Shown here piece by piece: positions 28,501-37,034 of a stretch of 64,000 nt of DNA (its first letter is position 1; each line of letters opens with the position of its first letter). This DNA comes from Spirochaetia bacterium (GTDB lineage Bacteria; Spirochaetota; Spirochaetia; UBA9216). The stretch lies in NCBI GenBank assembly GCA_963677925.2, contig CAXXYH010000004.1, positions 160,001 through 224,000 of the forward strand, given 5' to 3'. The notes under the pieces are model-generated. The model saw nothing but the letters and a program-made list of their open reading frames with translations. It was not told the DNA's origin and did not search any database. The position numbers and the translations under genes are program-made.

Positions 28501-30598
28501 AACTGCAATAAATCTCGGAACCGTTTACTTCCTGCTTGAAGACATGGAAAAGGCCTGGTTATGGTACTCAACAGCAGAGAAATTTCTCGCTTTAAAAAGA
28601 GTGAGCTTCGATTCAATCGGTTCTGCCCGGGATGAACTTACTGTATACATCAATTTGGCCTCAATTATCAGTGTCAGCGGACAAAACAGTATTAATTCGT
28701 GGGCTGAAAAATATCATACATCCTTGTGGACTACTGATCAGCTGCTGAAGAAAGCAGAAATGCGGCTGAAAGAATACAGAACGGCTCTTGATAAAGAACT
28801 TGCAGACTTCTCAGATTCTGCCCTCATGAGTAATGCCGTAAATACCGCCTTTATTGAAGAGCTTGATACCGCAGAAATGACCCTGAATTTCTTCAGTTCA
28901 GAGATTAGAATGAAGGAAGGTCGTGACGAAGAAGCACTGCAGCTGCACCGGGATTCAATGGATTTCATCATCGAACTTCTTCGTAAAGTACTGCCCGCTC
29001 TGCCTGAGCAGGCACGGGAACAGCTTTTGCAGAGTTATTCAAACTTTTTCTCAAAGCACTACCGTTTTATACACGATAACTATGAACAGATTCCGGAGCT
29101 TGCCGGTGAATTTTTTGATACAATGCTCTTCAGAAAGGGTGTGCTGCTGCAGTCTGTTGTGAGAATGGAAGCACGCATAGCGAAAAGCGGCGATCCAGGG
29201 TTAATTGAAAACTTTGCAACGTGGAAAACTCTCAAAGAAAAGATTGCCCTCAAAAATATTGAAGGTGATAACAGAAATAAAACATCTTCCGACAGTCTTC
29301 AATCACTTGAGGCTGAAGCTCTAGCTCTTGAAACAAAGATTGCAAGACAGTCTTCAGCATTCCGAAAAGAACAGTCAATTGATGACGCCACCTGGAAAGA
29401 CGTTCAGGCCGTGCTCGGTGCTAAAGAAGCTGCAATCGAAATGATTCGTTATGAAAGTATGCTTGACCGTTCAGGAAGCACTTCAGTCTATTACGGCATT
29501 TCGGTTCTGACAACAGACCGGGAACCGGAAATTACTTTCCTTGATAATGGAAGAAACATTGAAACAGAAGCGTATGAGGCATACCGGGAATGGATTGCAG
29601 CAATGGAGGCCGGTGAATACAGCCTTGAATTTTTCCAGCTGATGCAGAAATACGGCGGACCTGAACTGCCTGTACTGAAACAGCTGCTTAATACGTCATT
29701 TCTGGAACCATTGAATCAGCTGCTGCCGGAGAAAGTAGATACAGTTTATCTGAGCCCCGACGGTGTCTTCAGTCTGATTAACCTTGATATAATTTCAGAA
29801 TCTCCAAGAAGGATTCAGCTTGTCACAAGCACAAGGAAACTGATAGAGGAGCGTACAGCTGAGGAGAAGTTGGTCAGCAGACCTGATGACGCTGTTCTTA
29901 TTGGCGATCCGCAATTCAGCATTTTCCCTGAAAGCCCTGTTCAGGCCGGTGATTTATCAAAACCGCTCTACCGGGGAGGATCGCTGGCAAAGCTTCCGGG
30001 AACCCGGGAAGTAAAGATGCTGGGTCAAACTCTCAGCAGGGCAGGAACCGATGTAATTATTTACCTTGGAAATGAGGCCAGCGAAGAAAACGTAAAATCA
30101 CTTAACAGCTCACCATCCGTTCTGCACCTTGCAACACATGGCTTCTTTTTTGCCGATGCAAGCCCTGACCCGCTTTTGAACGGAGGTGTATATCTCTCGG
30201 GAGCACAGGACTCTATCAACTTCGGAGGTTTTCCTCCCGGACAGAAAGAGGACGGTCTGCTGACGGGCAGGGAAGTAAGTCTGCTTGATCTTTCAGATAC
30301 CAAACTGGTTGTTCTAAGCGCCTGTGAAACAGGACTTGGTGAACCGAGATCGGGAGAAGGTGTATACGGACTTCTAAGGGGATTTCAGGCGGCGGGTGCA
30401 GGGAATTTAATAGTCAGCCGCTGGAAGGTTTCTGATGAGGCTACAGCTGTTTTTATGCAGAGTTTCTACACAAGCTGGACTGAAGGGAAAACTGTAAGAG
30501 CGGCCTTCGAGCAGGCACAGCAGGAATTACGTAATAAGCCTGATTATGATTCTCCTTTCTACTGGGGAGCCTTCGTCCTTATTGATGCTGTTGAATAG
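25526..30598 (+). CDS. Exported WD40 + TPR + CHAT (caspase-like, clan CD) protease
   Basis: Signal peptide (GLSA-Q); WD40 repeats (SPDG..LVTGG.DGTARIW, ATSGPDGTIRLWD); helical/TPR middle; CHAT dyad HLATHG and LSACETG; FYWGAFVL end. Confidence 0.92.
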   Translation: MPTNPRIRSFFITLFFLVLSTGLSAQTDRWLDAESISEFRLVDSTGIRAVAVSPDGNFLVTGGNDGTARIWETFSGKLTRELYSNEDDRIFSVSISPDGESIAAGYYSGIIRLWSTDTGEIIWETPKIYGASTVEELNFSPDGASIAAIVGYDGLVILNALNGSTLLPINSIESTYQHPTSAAFSKDSRFVFVTASIYIYKVEISSGEILQKERGGNPLAAFPDSGLLVNNGSENPSIIRTSDLQQKTEFEAPGHAHASTGTINDIAVAPDESIIATSGPDGTIRLWDTADGAQLNKLVFTGEPEAVVFLPDSRFFAAGFSTGETLIFRVSDGAPIMSYGEKKSNPEKPAAREIDLKGNDSFARYGLKWQQLNETAREAIESGNPADALVYTLNYITQNQPEIRGLGSVMSTSLLFDTYLIASAAAYMLDLHADAVEFFSLAVSPWEKSEYYPDRNNPMLSSYAGWIGFSDRENELRNFTGLSPEESLSGIIELLYPDQAAELLIEFVERGVTFHMPIVRQGKFSNLPFPRKSILNEILKLFKSSNLNDQILSVNLSTAYILLAYADSPWNQIEDEEFKIIDNLYQEISVFDSSSSPDLARKKSRFLLNYGVLLIQRSADSTRYNRIIQQALDTAKISRDGDLIIAVVSVIEQMLRTENDVNWENIFTEDLIAGIISEIKENNQDTHELILMNDLFDELKLFQEQKLMYKVLNIDPEYESSDEDWLSPPFSILDSAFGADEGNDWTWDVRTETSLKNGMEALSQYYSTDPLLTEIDAELISELFEFTDDLIYYDEDFISSSIIINWLLNFIIEHPAFSLLGDYGYFDDLMEMFDNALTAAAFTQDVEMLEKTQQVLSSFGIDSDAMALEQETVSLLFSTYMRSGNLNAAAGLLESFLEPFFSYAASTDSYANDLSGFIDQYLLVLSSLGRNDEVITYSLKNRHSLRPLPPEIWFRLGYSLMAENRYEAAVFAYENAYGLFRSFGGDNIDILGTAINLGTVYFLLEDMEKAWLWYSTAEKFLALKRVSFDSIGSARDELTVYINLASIISVSGQNSINSWAEKYHTSLWTTDQLLKKAEMRLKEYRTALDKELADFSDSALMSNAVNTAFIEELDTAEMTLNFFSSEIRMKEGRDEEALQLHRDSMDFIIELLRKVLPALPEQAREQLLQSYSNFFSKHYRFIHDNYEQIPELAGEFFDTMLFRKGVLLQSVVRMEARIAKSGDPGLIENFATWKTLKEKIALKNIEGDNRNKTSSDSLQSLEAEALALETKIARQSSAFRKEQSIDDATWKDVQAVLGAKEAAIEMIRYESMLDRSGSTSVYYGISVLTTDREPEITFLDNGRNIETEAYEAYREWIAAMEAGEYSLEFFQLMQKYGGPELPVLKQLLNTSFLEPLNQLLPEKVDTVYLSPDGVFSLINLDIISESPRRIQLVTSTRKLIEERTAEEKLVSRPDDAVLIGDPQFSIFPESPVQAGDLSKPLYRGGSLAKLPGTREVKMLGQTLSRAGTDVIIYLGNEASEENVKSLNSSPSVLHLATHGFFFADASPDPLLNGGVYLSGAQDSINFGGFPPGQKEDGLLTGREVSLLDLSDTKLVVLSACETGLGEPRSGEGVYGLLRGFQAAGAGNLIVSRWKVSDEATAVFMQSFYTSWTEGKTVRAAFEQAQQELRNKPDYDSPFYWGAFVLIDAVE

Positions 30599-30606
30599 GA
30601 ATTAAT

Positions 30607-33600
30607 CTACTCAACCAGAATAAAAGCTCCCCAGTAATAGGCGTCTTCATATTTTTCCCGCAGCTCTGATATTGCCATATTATATGCAGTTCTGGTTTCC
30701 TCTCCGGAATATAGATGCCTGTAAAAACTAACCATCAGTTCTTTTGTGGCCGAATCATCTACCTTCCATAAACTCATAAGTACTGCATCAGCTCCGGCGC
30801 TCAGAAAAGCACGCTGCAGGCCGTACACCCCTTCTCCATTTACAACCTTTCCAAGTCCGGTCTCGCATGCCGAAAGGGTTACCAGCTTTGTTCCGTACAG
30901 ATCCAGATTCATAACTTCATAGGCTGTAAGGATGCCGTCATCCATACTGGAAGTATTTTCCGGAGATTGAAGGCTCCACCCTGCGCCTGCCAGATATAAT
31001 CCGGAACGAAGCAGAGGATTTTCCAGATATCTGTTTACTCCGGTATTAATTCCAGTAGCTTTTTTATTCTTGATTTGTGTATCAGTTAAGAAAAAACCGT
31101 GAGTTGTTATATGCAGTATTTCCGGATTTTTGATAGATTTAACAGCGTTCTCGGTAGCCTCATCAGCATGCAGCTCGAAATATTCGATATTCTTCTCTTC
31201 AAGTATTTCCAGAATACCATTCATTTCTTCTGCTGAGCCGGCAAGCGGTTCAAGTGAACCGCCGCTTCTGGTGTTTATCTCTGAAAGCAGTCCATCGGGC
31301 AGCATCGATGCGGAACCTGCAGGAGCAGATGAAGATGTACTCAAATAATAATCGGGATATCCGACAAGAACCGGTTCAGCAGAATTCAGCGATGCAGTTT
31401 TATCATACTGCTCAACAATTTCACGGGAATTGGTCACGATTCTGAAAGCATACCTGTCCGATAAATAATCCCCCTCCGGAGTTTTCAGTGTCTGCAGGTT
31501 GAGCAGATTATAAACTCCGTCCGGACTTAGAAAGACCGTTTTGACTCCCTCGGGAAGAATACTTTCGACAGACTCCCAGAAGGCTTCATATAGAAGTTCA
31601 TGCAGCTCAGAAAGCTCCTGACCTCCGTAGTTCTCTTTAAGATTGAATAATTCAAAACTATATTCACCCGATTCCATGGCTGCAACCCATTCACGATAGG
31701 CAGAATATGCTTCGTTCTCGATATATGATCCATCCTTCATAAGCTGAAAAAGAGGCTGCTCTTTTGAATCAGAAGTGATAACCAATGCTGCATAATGAAC
31801 ATCATCACCATAGGGATAGCGAAGAATCTCTACAGCGGCCTCATCAGGATTGAGAACATTTCGTATGTCCTGCCAGGAATACTCAATCTTATCACTCTCT
31901 CTGGCAAAAACAGAGGATTCGCGCGACAAGTCCTTTTCAAGGAAATTGATTTCACTCTTTAATTCTTCTTCAGTCAAGCCTGCAAGGGCTCCGGCGTTGC
32001 CCCCAAGATATTGTGCATACTGCTCTTTTAATCCTAACCAGCGTTTGTAATCTGAAATTAGTCCTGAATCATTACTTTCCATAATGCGGCTGCGCATCTG
32101 CTGTGATGAACGTAAAAGAGCCCCCTTCGTTCGAATTTGAGTATCAAAAAGAAAAGAAGCTGTCGCAGGAACAGTGGAATATGCATCTTCTGTAAATTTT
32201 TTAAGATTTAAAAGAAGCAGCGATACTGTTGACTGATACTGAGCCCGCTCCTTTTCACTCATGGACATATACTGCAAATCAAGATTATCCAGAACTATGG
32301 AAATAGACTGCCTATATAATGATGCTGCTTCTGAATACCTTTTCATTCTTTCATACAGAACCGCTGTATTATTAAGGATATCAGCATAATCAGGATGCCT
32401 GCCGACAGGTTCAAGTTTTCTGCAGGCCGACTGTACAATTTTATAAAGCTGTTCACTCTCTTCATACTCACCCAGGTTCATACTTATTCCGGCAAGGTTA
32501 GCAACTGCAGATATAAAAACCGGATGCCGTAACTTAGGTTCCAGCTCAGCTGAAATTTCAAGGCTCTGTTCATACAGAATCCGTGCATCATCATCAAATC
32601 CCGTTTCATAATACAGGAAAGCAAGGTTATTAAGCGCCAGAGCATACTGCGAGCTTCTTCCGGCAGGGACCTGCTCTTTCTGAATACCCACCGCCTTCTT
32701 TAAAAGAGGTTCCGCCTCAGCATAACGTCCTGTTTCATAGTAGAGAGTAGCCAGATTATTCAGAGACAGTGCATAATCAGAATGCATTTCTGACGGCTCA
32801 AAAGTCTTTCTTATCTCCAGCGCTTTTATACAGTTCAGTTCAGCCTCTGCAAATCTTCCGGTTTTCTGATACAAAAGTGCAAGGCCGTTCAGTGTGGAAG
32901 CATAGTATGAACTATACCCTTTCGGTTCTAATTCTATTCTTATCTTCAGTGCTTCCATAAACAGTGGTTCAGCCTTTCCATACTGACCCATTTCAAAATA
33001 GAGGGATGCAAGATTGTGCAGCGCCGTAGAATAATCTCGTTTTAAACCGGCTGAATCAGAACCAGCCGTTATTTCCAGAACTTTCCTGTACAAAGGTTCA
33101 GATTCTGCATATCGCCCCATATCTTCATAAACCAGAGCAATATGTATTAGCGATGTTGTGTAACAGACATTTTTTTCACCATAATCTTTCAGCGCTATTT
33201 CCGCCGCGCTTTCGCCCCATCTCAAGGCCGTCAGAAACCGGCCTGAGTCTTTCAAATCTATAAAGCGGTAAATTGCATATTCCCAGTCAAAGCTTTCTGT
33301 ACGGCCGGCCTCTTCGTAAAGCAGGGCATCCTCTATCTTCCGGAAATCGGCCTTCTTAAACAGGTCCACTCCTGATTTAAGCATTTCAGGTTTCCAGGTA
33401 CTTAACTCTACAGCCGATACAAAATTTGTTTCAAATTCTGTATCGGCTGTGCTATCCTGATTATCAAAAAGATCAAGCATTGTAAAAACATAAGAAAGTC
33501 CTGCTTTCTCACCGTATTCTGTCTGAAACTCCGTATACAGCCCCCGAAGTCTTTCAAAAAACCATTGATATTCGGAATTGTTGAATGTCTCAGCCAGGCA

Positions 33601-34248
33601 GAGAGTAAACCAGCCCAAGGCCTCAGAGGGTCTTCCTACAGCAAAGGATGACAATGATGCAAATATAAAAGCACCGGGAACAGAGGATCCAAGCTTCAGG
33701 TACTCTTCGGCAAGTTTGAGACAACCCTCATAGTTGCCGTCATAATATTCATACATACAGAGGTCCCAGAAAACATTCGGTTTTTCCGGGTCATCTAAAC
33801 GTTTTAAGCCTTCCAGAAGAACGTCCTTCGCCTCTGCTCTTTTTCCTGTTCTATCAAGAACCGAAGCGTATCTGGTAAAAACCCATGAAGAGGGATTTTG
33901 ATGATAATTGCAGTTGCTGATATAGCCCGGCAGCGCCTGTGCCATAGCCCCGGACTGATAGTATCTTTCAGCCAGCATCCAGGAAATGTTTAAATATGAT
34001 GTTTGAAACTCTGTTAATGTTTCAGGTTTACCGTCAGGAAAGACTTCCTCATCAGAAAAATTAAGGTCATCAAACATTTCCGCGATTTCCTGAAAGGTTT
34101 TCGTGTCAGCATTATCAGAAACAGACAGCAGCTTACAGGCAGTCTCTGCCCATATTATAAATGTCTGCTGAAAATCAGGTGAAAATTCTGCAAAGACAAA
34201 GGAGCAGTTTAAAATAATCAATAAAGCGGATACTAATAACTTTTTCAT
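30607..34248 (-). CDS. Exported TPR + CHAT (caspase-like) protease
   Basis: Signal peptide MKKLLVSALLIILNCSFVFA; seven ~43-aa TPR repeats (Y..SLNNLA.LY...GRY.EAEPL); HITTHG and LSACETG dyad; YYWGAFILVE end. Confidence 0.93.
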   Translation of the reverse strand: MKKLLVSALLIILNCSFVFAEFSPDFQQTFIIWAETACKLLSVSDNADTKTFQEIAEMFDDLNFSDEEVFPDGKPETLTEFQTSYLNISWMLAERYYQSGAMAQALPGYISNCNYHQNPSSWVFTRYASVLDRTGKRAEAKDVLLEGLKRLDDPEKPNVFWDLCMYEYYDGNYEGCLKLAEEYLKLGSSVPGAFIFASLSSFAVGRPSEALGWFTLCLAETFNNSEYQWFFERLRGLYTEFQTEYGEKAGLSYVFTMLDLFDNQDSTADTEFETNFVSAVELSTWKPEMLKSGVDLFKKADFRKIEDALLYEEAGRTESFDWEYAIYRFIDLKDSGRFLTALRWGESAAEIALKDYGEKNVCYTTSLIHIALVYEDMGRYAESEPLYRKVLEITAGSDSAGLKRDYSTALHNLASLYFEMGQYGKAEPLFMEALKIRIELEPKGYSSYYASTLNGLALLYQKTGRFAEAELNCIKALEIRKTFEPSEMHSDYALSLNNLATLYYETGRYAEAEPLLKKAVGIQKEQVPAGRSSQYALALNNLAFLYYETGFDDDARILYEQSLEISAELEPKLRHPVFISAVANLAGISMNLGEYEESEQLYKIVQSACRKLEPVGRHPDYADILNNTAVLYERMKRYSEAASLYRQSISIVLDNLDLQYMSMSEKERAQYQSTVSLLLLNLKKFTEDAYSTVPATASFLFDTQIRTKGALLRSSQQMRSRIMESNDSGLISDYKRWLGLKEQYAQYLGGNAGALAGLTEEELKSEINFLEKDLSRESSVFARESDKIEYSWQDIRNVLNPDEAAVEILRYPYGDDVHYAALVITSDSKEQPLFQLMKDGSYIENEAYSAYREWVAAMESGEYSFELFNLKENYGGQELSELHELLYEAFWESVESILPEGVKTVFLSPDGVYNLLNLQTLKTPEGDYLSDRYAFRIVTNSREIVEQYDKTASLNSAEPVLVGYPDYYLSTSSSAPAGSASMLPDGLLSEINTRSGGSLEPLAGSAEEMNGILEILEEKNIEYFELHADEATENAVKSIKNPEILHITTHGFFLTDTQIKNKKATGINTGVNRYLENPLLRSGLYLAGAGWSLQSPENTSSMDDGILTAYEVMNLDLYGTKLVTLSACETGLGKVVNGEGVYGLQRAFLSAGADAVLMSLWKVDDSATKELMVSFYRHLYSGEETRTAYNMAISELREKYEDAYYWGAFILVE

Positions 34249-34285
34249 TTTAATTTCTGTTCCACAGTTGTTCTTCATATGCATA

Positions 34286-34312
34286 TTAGTGGAAAAATCC
34301 TACCATTTATTT
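34286..34312 (-). promoter_or_regulatory. Putative alternative-sigma promoter AAAT-N16-CCACTAA (copy 3)
   Basis: Minus strand AAAT-aaatggtaggattttt-CCACTAA, 37 nt before ATG 34248. Confidence 0.65.
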
Positions 34313-34359
34313 GTAAAAATAACCTGTATTTTCAGGAAAATTATTATACAGTAATTGTT

Positions 34360-35436
34360 ATGCCGGTTGATAATATCCGAATACCACAGGAGCTATACCA
34401 CTTCAACAGAATACAATCGCTCTTTGATCCCGAAGTAATCAACCTTATCCTCAGAACCACGGCCTCTAACTATGAGAGGGAGCTTAAAAAGGATACAAAA
34501 GCCCTTTTCTGCAAGGCGGATTCTACTGAATATAGAGACAGGCTTAATGCTCTGATGAAGATCGTGCAGGAATATCATAATGTAGACGGGAAAATTATTC
34601 TCTATATAGATAAATCAAATACAAGCACAGCCAAAACCTACCCTACAACAAAAGAACAGACAGACAATTATGTGGTTATTTCAGAATCGCTTCTTGATAA
34701 ACTTACAGATGATGAACTGCTTTTTATCATGGGTCATGAAATCAGCCATATCAGCTTTCATCATGCGGTAATCAACTGGATCATCGGAACTATCTACCCG
34801 GAAGGCCAGAAAATGCCGCCGATTATAAGGAATGAATGGAATATATGGACCCGTCTGGCCGAAATATCAGCGGATAACGCCGGACTGCAGCTTTGCAGAG
34901 ACAGGGCTTCCGCCCAATCAGCACTAATAAAGACAATTCCGGCAGACAACAGCGAACTGAAAAACAGAATTGCCTGTCTTGGAAACGGCGAAAGATTTGA
35001 ACTTTATTATAAAGAGATAATCAGCAGGATATCTGAGGATTATTCAGAACTATATGCCAACTTCTTTGAAAAAGCTTTTCTGCTGATCAGCGAACTCGAC
35101 GGCCATGTCTGCAGTGATGAAGAGGAGTTTATTCTTAATCGTCTTTCCTTTCATAAATATCTTACAGATAACCCAGTCCGCAACAAAAAAACAGTCAGTC
35201 ACAGACAATTACTGAAAGAAGGCAAAAGGATAGCTGAGCAGTTTCCTGATAAAACTGAAGAATTATTTCTAAACCTTTCCGCATTAACTCTGAAGGACAA
35301 TACACTGACACAGGAAGAATACAGGCTCCTTTACGAGATAGGTACAAAGGCTTTCGGATTCACGCCCGAAACTGTCGATTCACTTTTTCTTTCAATAATC
35401 CGTTCAACTATTTTCCAGCCTCATAAAGAGTTGTAA
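34360..35436 (+). CDS. M48-family zinc metallopeptidase fused to a C-terminal TerB-like domain
   Basis: LLDKLTDDELLFIMGHEISH (HExxH), AEISADNAG; C-terminal DGHVCSDEEEFI and DNTLTQEEYRLL TerB-like motifs; start uncertain (34279 or 34360). Confidence 0.8.
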   Translation: MPVDNIRIPQELYHFNRIQSLFDPEVINLILRTTASNYERELKKDTKALFCKADSTEYRDRLNALMKIVQEYHNVDGKIILYIDKSNTSTAKTYPTTKEQTDNYVVISESLLDKLTDDELLFIMGHEISHISFHHAVINWIIGTIYPEGQKMPPIIRNEWNIWTRLAEISADNAGLQLCRDRASAQSALIKTIPADNSELKNRIACLGNGERFELYYKEIISRISEDYSELYANFFEKAFLLISELDGHVCSDEEEFILNRLSFHKYLTDNPVRNKKTVSHRQLLKEGKRIAEQFPDKTEELFLNLSALTLKDNTLTQEEYRLLYEIGTKAFGFTPETVDSLFLSIIRSTIFQPHKEL

Positions 35437-35459
35437 AAGCAAATATATACACATATAAT
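35431..35459 (+). promoter_or_regulatory. sigma70 promoter probably giving a leaderless mRNA for the sigma factor
   Basis: TTGTAA (35431-35436), 17 nt, TATAAT (35454-35459), 6 nt, ATG; no SD sequence. Confidence 0.65.
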
Positions 35460-35465
35460 ACCCCT

Positions 35466-36242
35466 ATGACTAAAGATGAGTTTGTAGCTGACTATGGTGA
35501 GTATCTGTACCGGGCTGCATATAAATGTTACTGGAAGCTGAAGGGCAAACCTAAAACCGAAGAAGAAATAGAAATTATCCATGATGTATTTACCAATATT
35601 TTAGAGACATTCTCCACTAAGATTGATGAAGGCAACTTTAATTTCAGGGGAGAATGTGATATCAGGACTTTTTTCTTCAGTTCAGTATACAGAAAAATGC
35701 GTGAAACTCTGTATGGAAAAGTTTTCTATCCGGCAGCCCTGAAACCCTTCGGGGAAGCAGGGAGAAGCATCTATTATCACAGATATATACTTTCTTATCC
35801 CAGAACAGAAGCCCTCATGCTGAGCTGTCAGGAGCTGGGAGCTGAATGGGATGACATTGACAGCATGGATAAACAGATAGAGGCAAATCTTAAAACCTCC
35901 ATTGTAAAAAAGAAAGGCCCTGTATCTAATACCGAAGTAGGTGAAAATCAGCTTGAAGAATTCGTTGCACAAACTCTTTTTGCACATTCAAGAACACCGG
36001 AAGCAGAAGTCTTAATGAGTGAATTACGCACAAAAATGAGCTGCATTCTTGAAAACCTGAGCCTTCAGCACAGGCAGATAATAATTCTGGATCAGGACGG
36101 TTTCAACACTGAAGATATTCAGAAAACCTTAAAGCTTAAAGACAGGCAGGCAGTTTATAACACGCTTTTCTCGGCAAAAAAAGCTTTCCGAAAAGAAGCT
36201 GAAAACCAGAAGCTTGAGGAATGGACAGATCACATCTGTTAA
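35466..36242 (+). CDS. ECF-like sigma70 factor with an insertion between regions 2 and 4
   Basis: Region 2: F...YGEYLY...DVFTNIL...FRGECDIRTFF.S.V; region 4: TPEAEVL...LENLSLQHRQII.L...GF..EDI..TL....QAVYN.L..AKK. Confidence 0.8.
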   Translation: MTKDEFVADYGEYLYRAAYKCYWKLKGKPKTEEEIEIIHDVFTNILETFSTKIDEGNFNFRGECDIRTFFFSSVYRKMRETLYGKVFYPAALKPFGEAGRSIYYHRYILSYPRTEALMLSCQELGAEWDDIDSMDKQIEANLKTSIVKKKGPVSNTEVGENQLEEFVAQTLFAHSRTPEAEVLMSELRTKMSCILENLSLQHRQIIILDQDGFNTEDIQKTLKLKDRQAVYNTLFSAKKAFRKEAENQKLEEWTDHIC

Positions 36243-36252
36243 GGATTGAATT

Positions 36253-36558
36253 ATGAATGATGATTTATTTTTAAATAAACTTAATAAAATATTTTCCAGG
36301 GAAGAGCTTGCGGATTTAATGAAAGAGGACATGGACATTCCTGTTCCCGATAAGGTTCGGGACTTAATTAATCAGGCGAAACGGAATGTGGCAAATCAAA
36401 AAAAGAATTCCGGCAAGATTATAGACATAGTAAACAAGGATGACCCAATTGATTTGAAAGCCTGCGCAATAGAAGGCCAGGATGAAGCTCCGAAGGACGA
36501 GGATCCAATAAAGAAGCTGCTGAATAAAACAAGTAAAGGGTCTGAAAAAGGGGAATAA
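36253..36558 (+). CDS. Small soluble protein directly downstream of the sigma factor (candidate anti-sigma or partner)
   Basis: 101 aa, AAGGA RBS, charged, no TM; role inferred from position only. Confidence 0.55.
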   Translation: MNDDLFLNKLNKIFSREELADLMKEDMDIPVPDKVRDLINQAKRNVANQKKNSGKIIDIVNKDDPIDLKACAIEGQDEAPKDEDPIKKLLNKTSKGSEKGE

Positions 36559-36560
36559 AA

Positions 36561-37034
36561 CTGAAGAAAAATATTTTTATATTGCTATTTTTTATATCGG
36601 GCTTTTCATTACACGCTCAAAGCCTTGAGGAAAGCCTGAACACAATGAGTCGTTTAGTAGCAAAATACGACCTACACGACTCAGCTCAACTATATTTTGA
36701 TGGATTACATTTAGTCTATAATACCCTGGGGTACCAACGAATAGACGGGAAACGCTGGGGCGTTACAGTTGTATGTAAAGCCTATTTGCCGGATTTATAT
36801 ACGGAATATTATGATATTGAAGAATATGGCAGACCTGTAGTGTACTGCACAACTGTGAATGGAAAATCAATAAACGTCACCAAAGAGGAGGAAAAGGAAA
36901 TCGGCAGGGATACTGTAAAAAAGGAATTTGTCTCTGAATTCATTAGATTTCAATTTACGACAATCAAATCAGCAGTAGAATTTCAGGAGACTTTAATTCA
37001 TGTATTAGAAATTCTAAGAGAAGAATTTCAATAA
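36561..37034 (+). CDS. Exported hypothetical protein
   Basis: A signal peptide (L)KKNIFILLFFISGFSLHA-Q is complete only from CTG 36561 after AAGGGG; the ORF track start is 36582. Confidence 0.6.
   Translation: MKKNIFILLFFISGFSLHAQSLEESLNTMSRLVAKYDLHDSAQLYFDGLHLVYNTLGYQRIDGKRWGVTVVCKAYLPDLYTEYYDIEEYGRPVVYCTTVNGKSINVTKEEEKEIGRDTVKKEFVSEFIRFQFTTIKSAVEFQETLIHVLEILREEFQ

Noticed and set aside
32300-33200. Periodic sequence similarity in the TPR-CHAT gene as a DNA repeat array
   Set aside because: Explained by degenerate ~43-aa TPR protein repeats.
35594-35620. CAAT-N16-CCACTAA inside the sigma factor coding sequence
   Set aside because: Intragenic, -35 part mismatched, and no gene start 31-37 nt downstream; probably chance, though an internal promoter is not excluded.
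25526-36558. Type III-E CRISPR (Craspase) locus, suggested by TPR-CHAT plus sigma factor
   Set aside because: No CRISPR array, Cas7-11 or other cas genes in the window, and the CHATs carry signal peptides.
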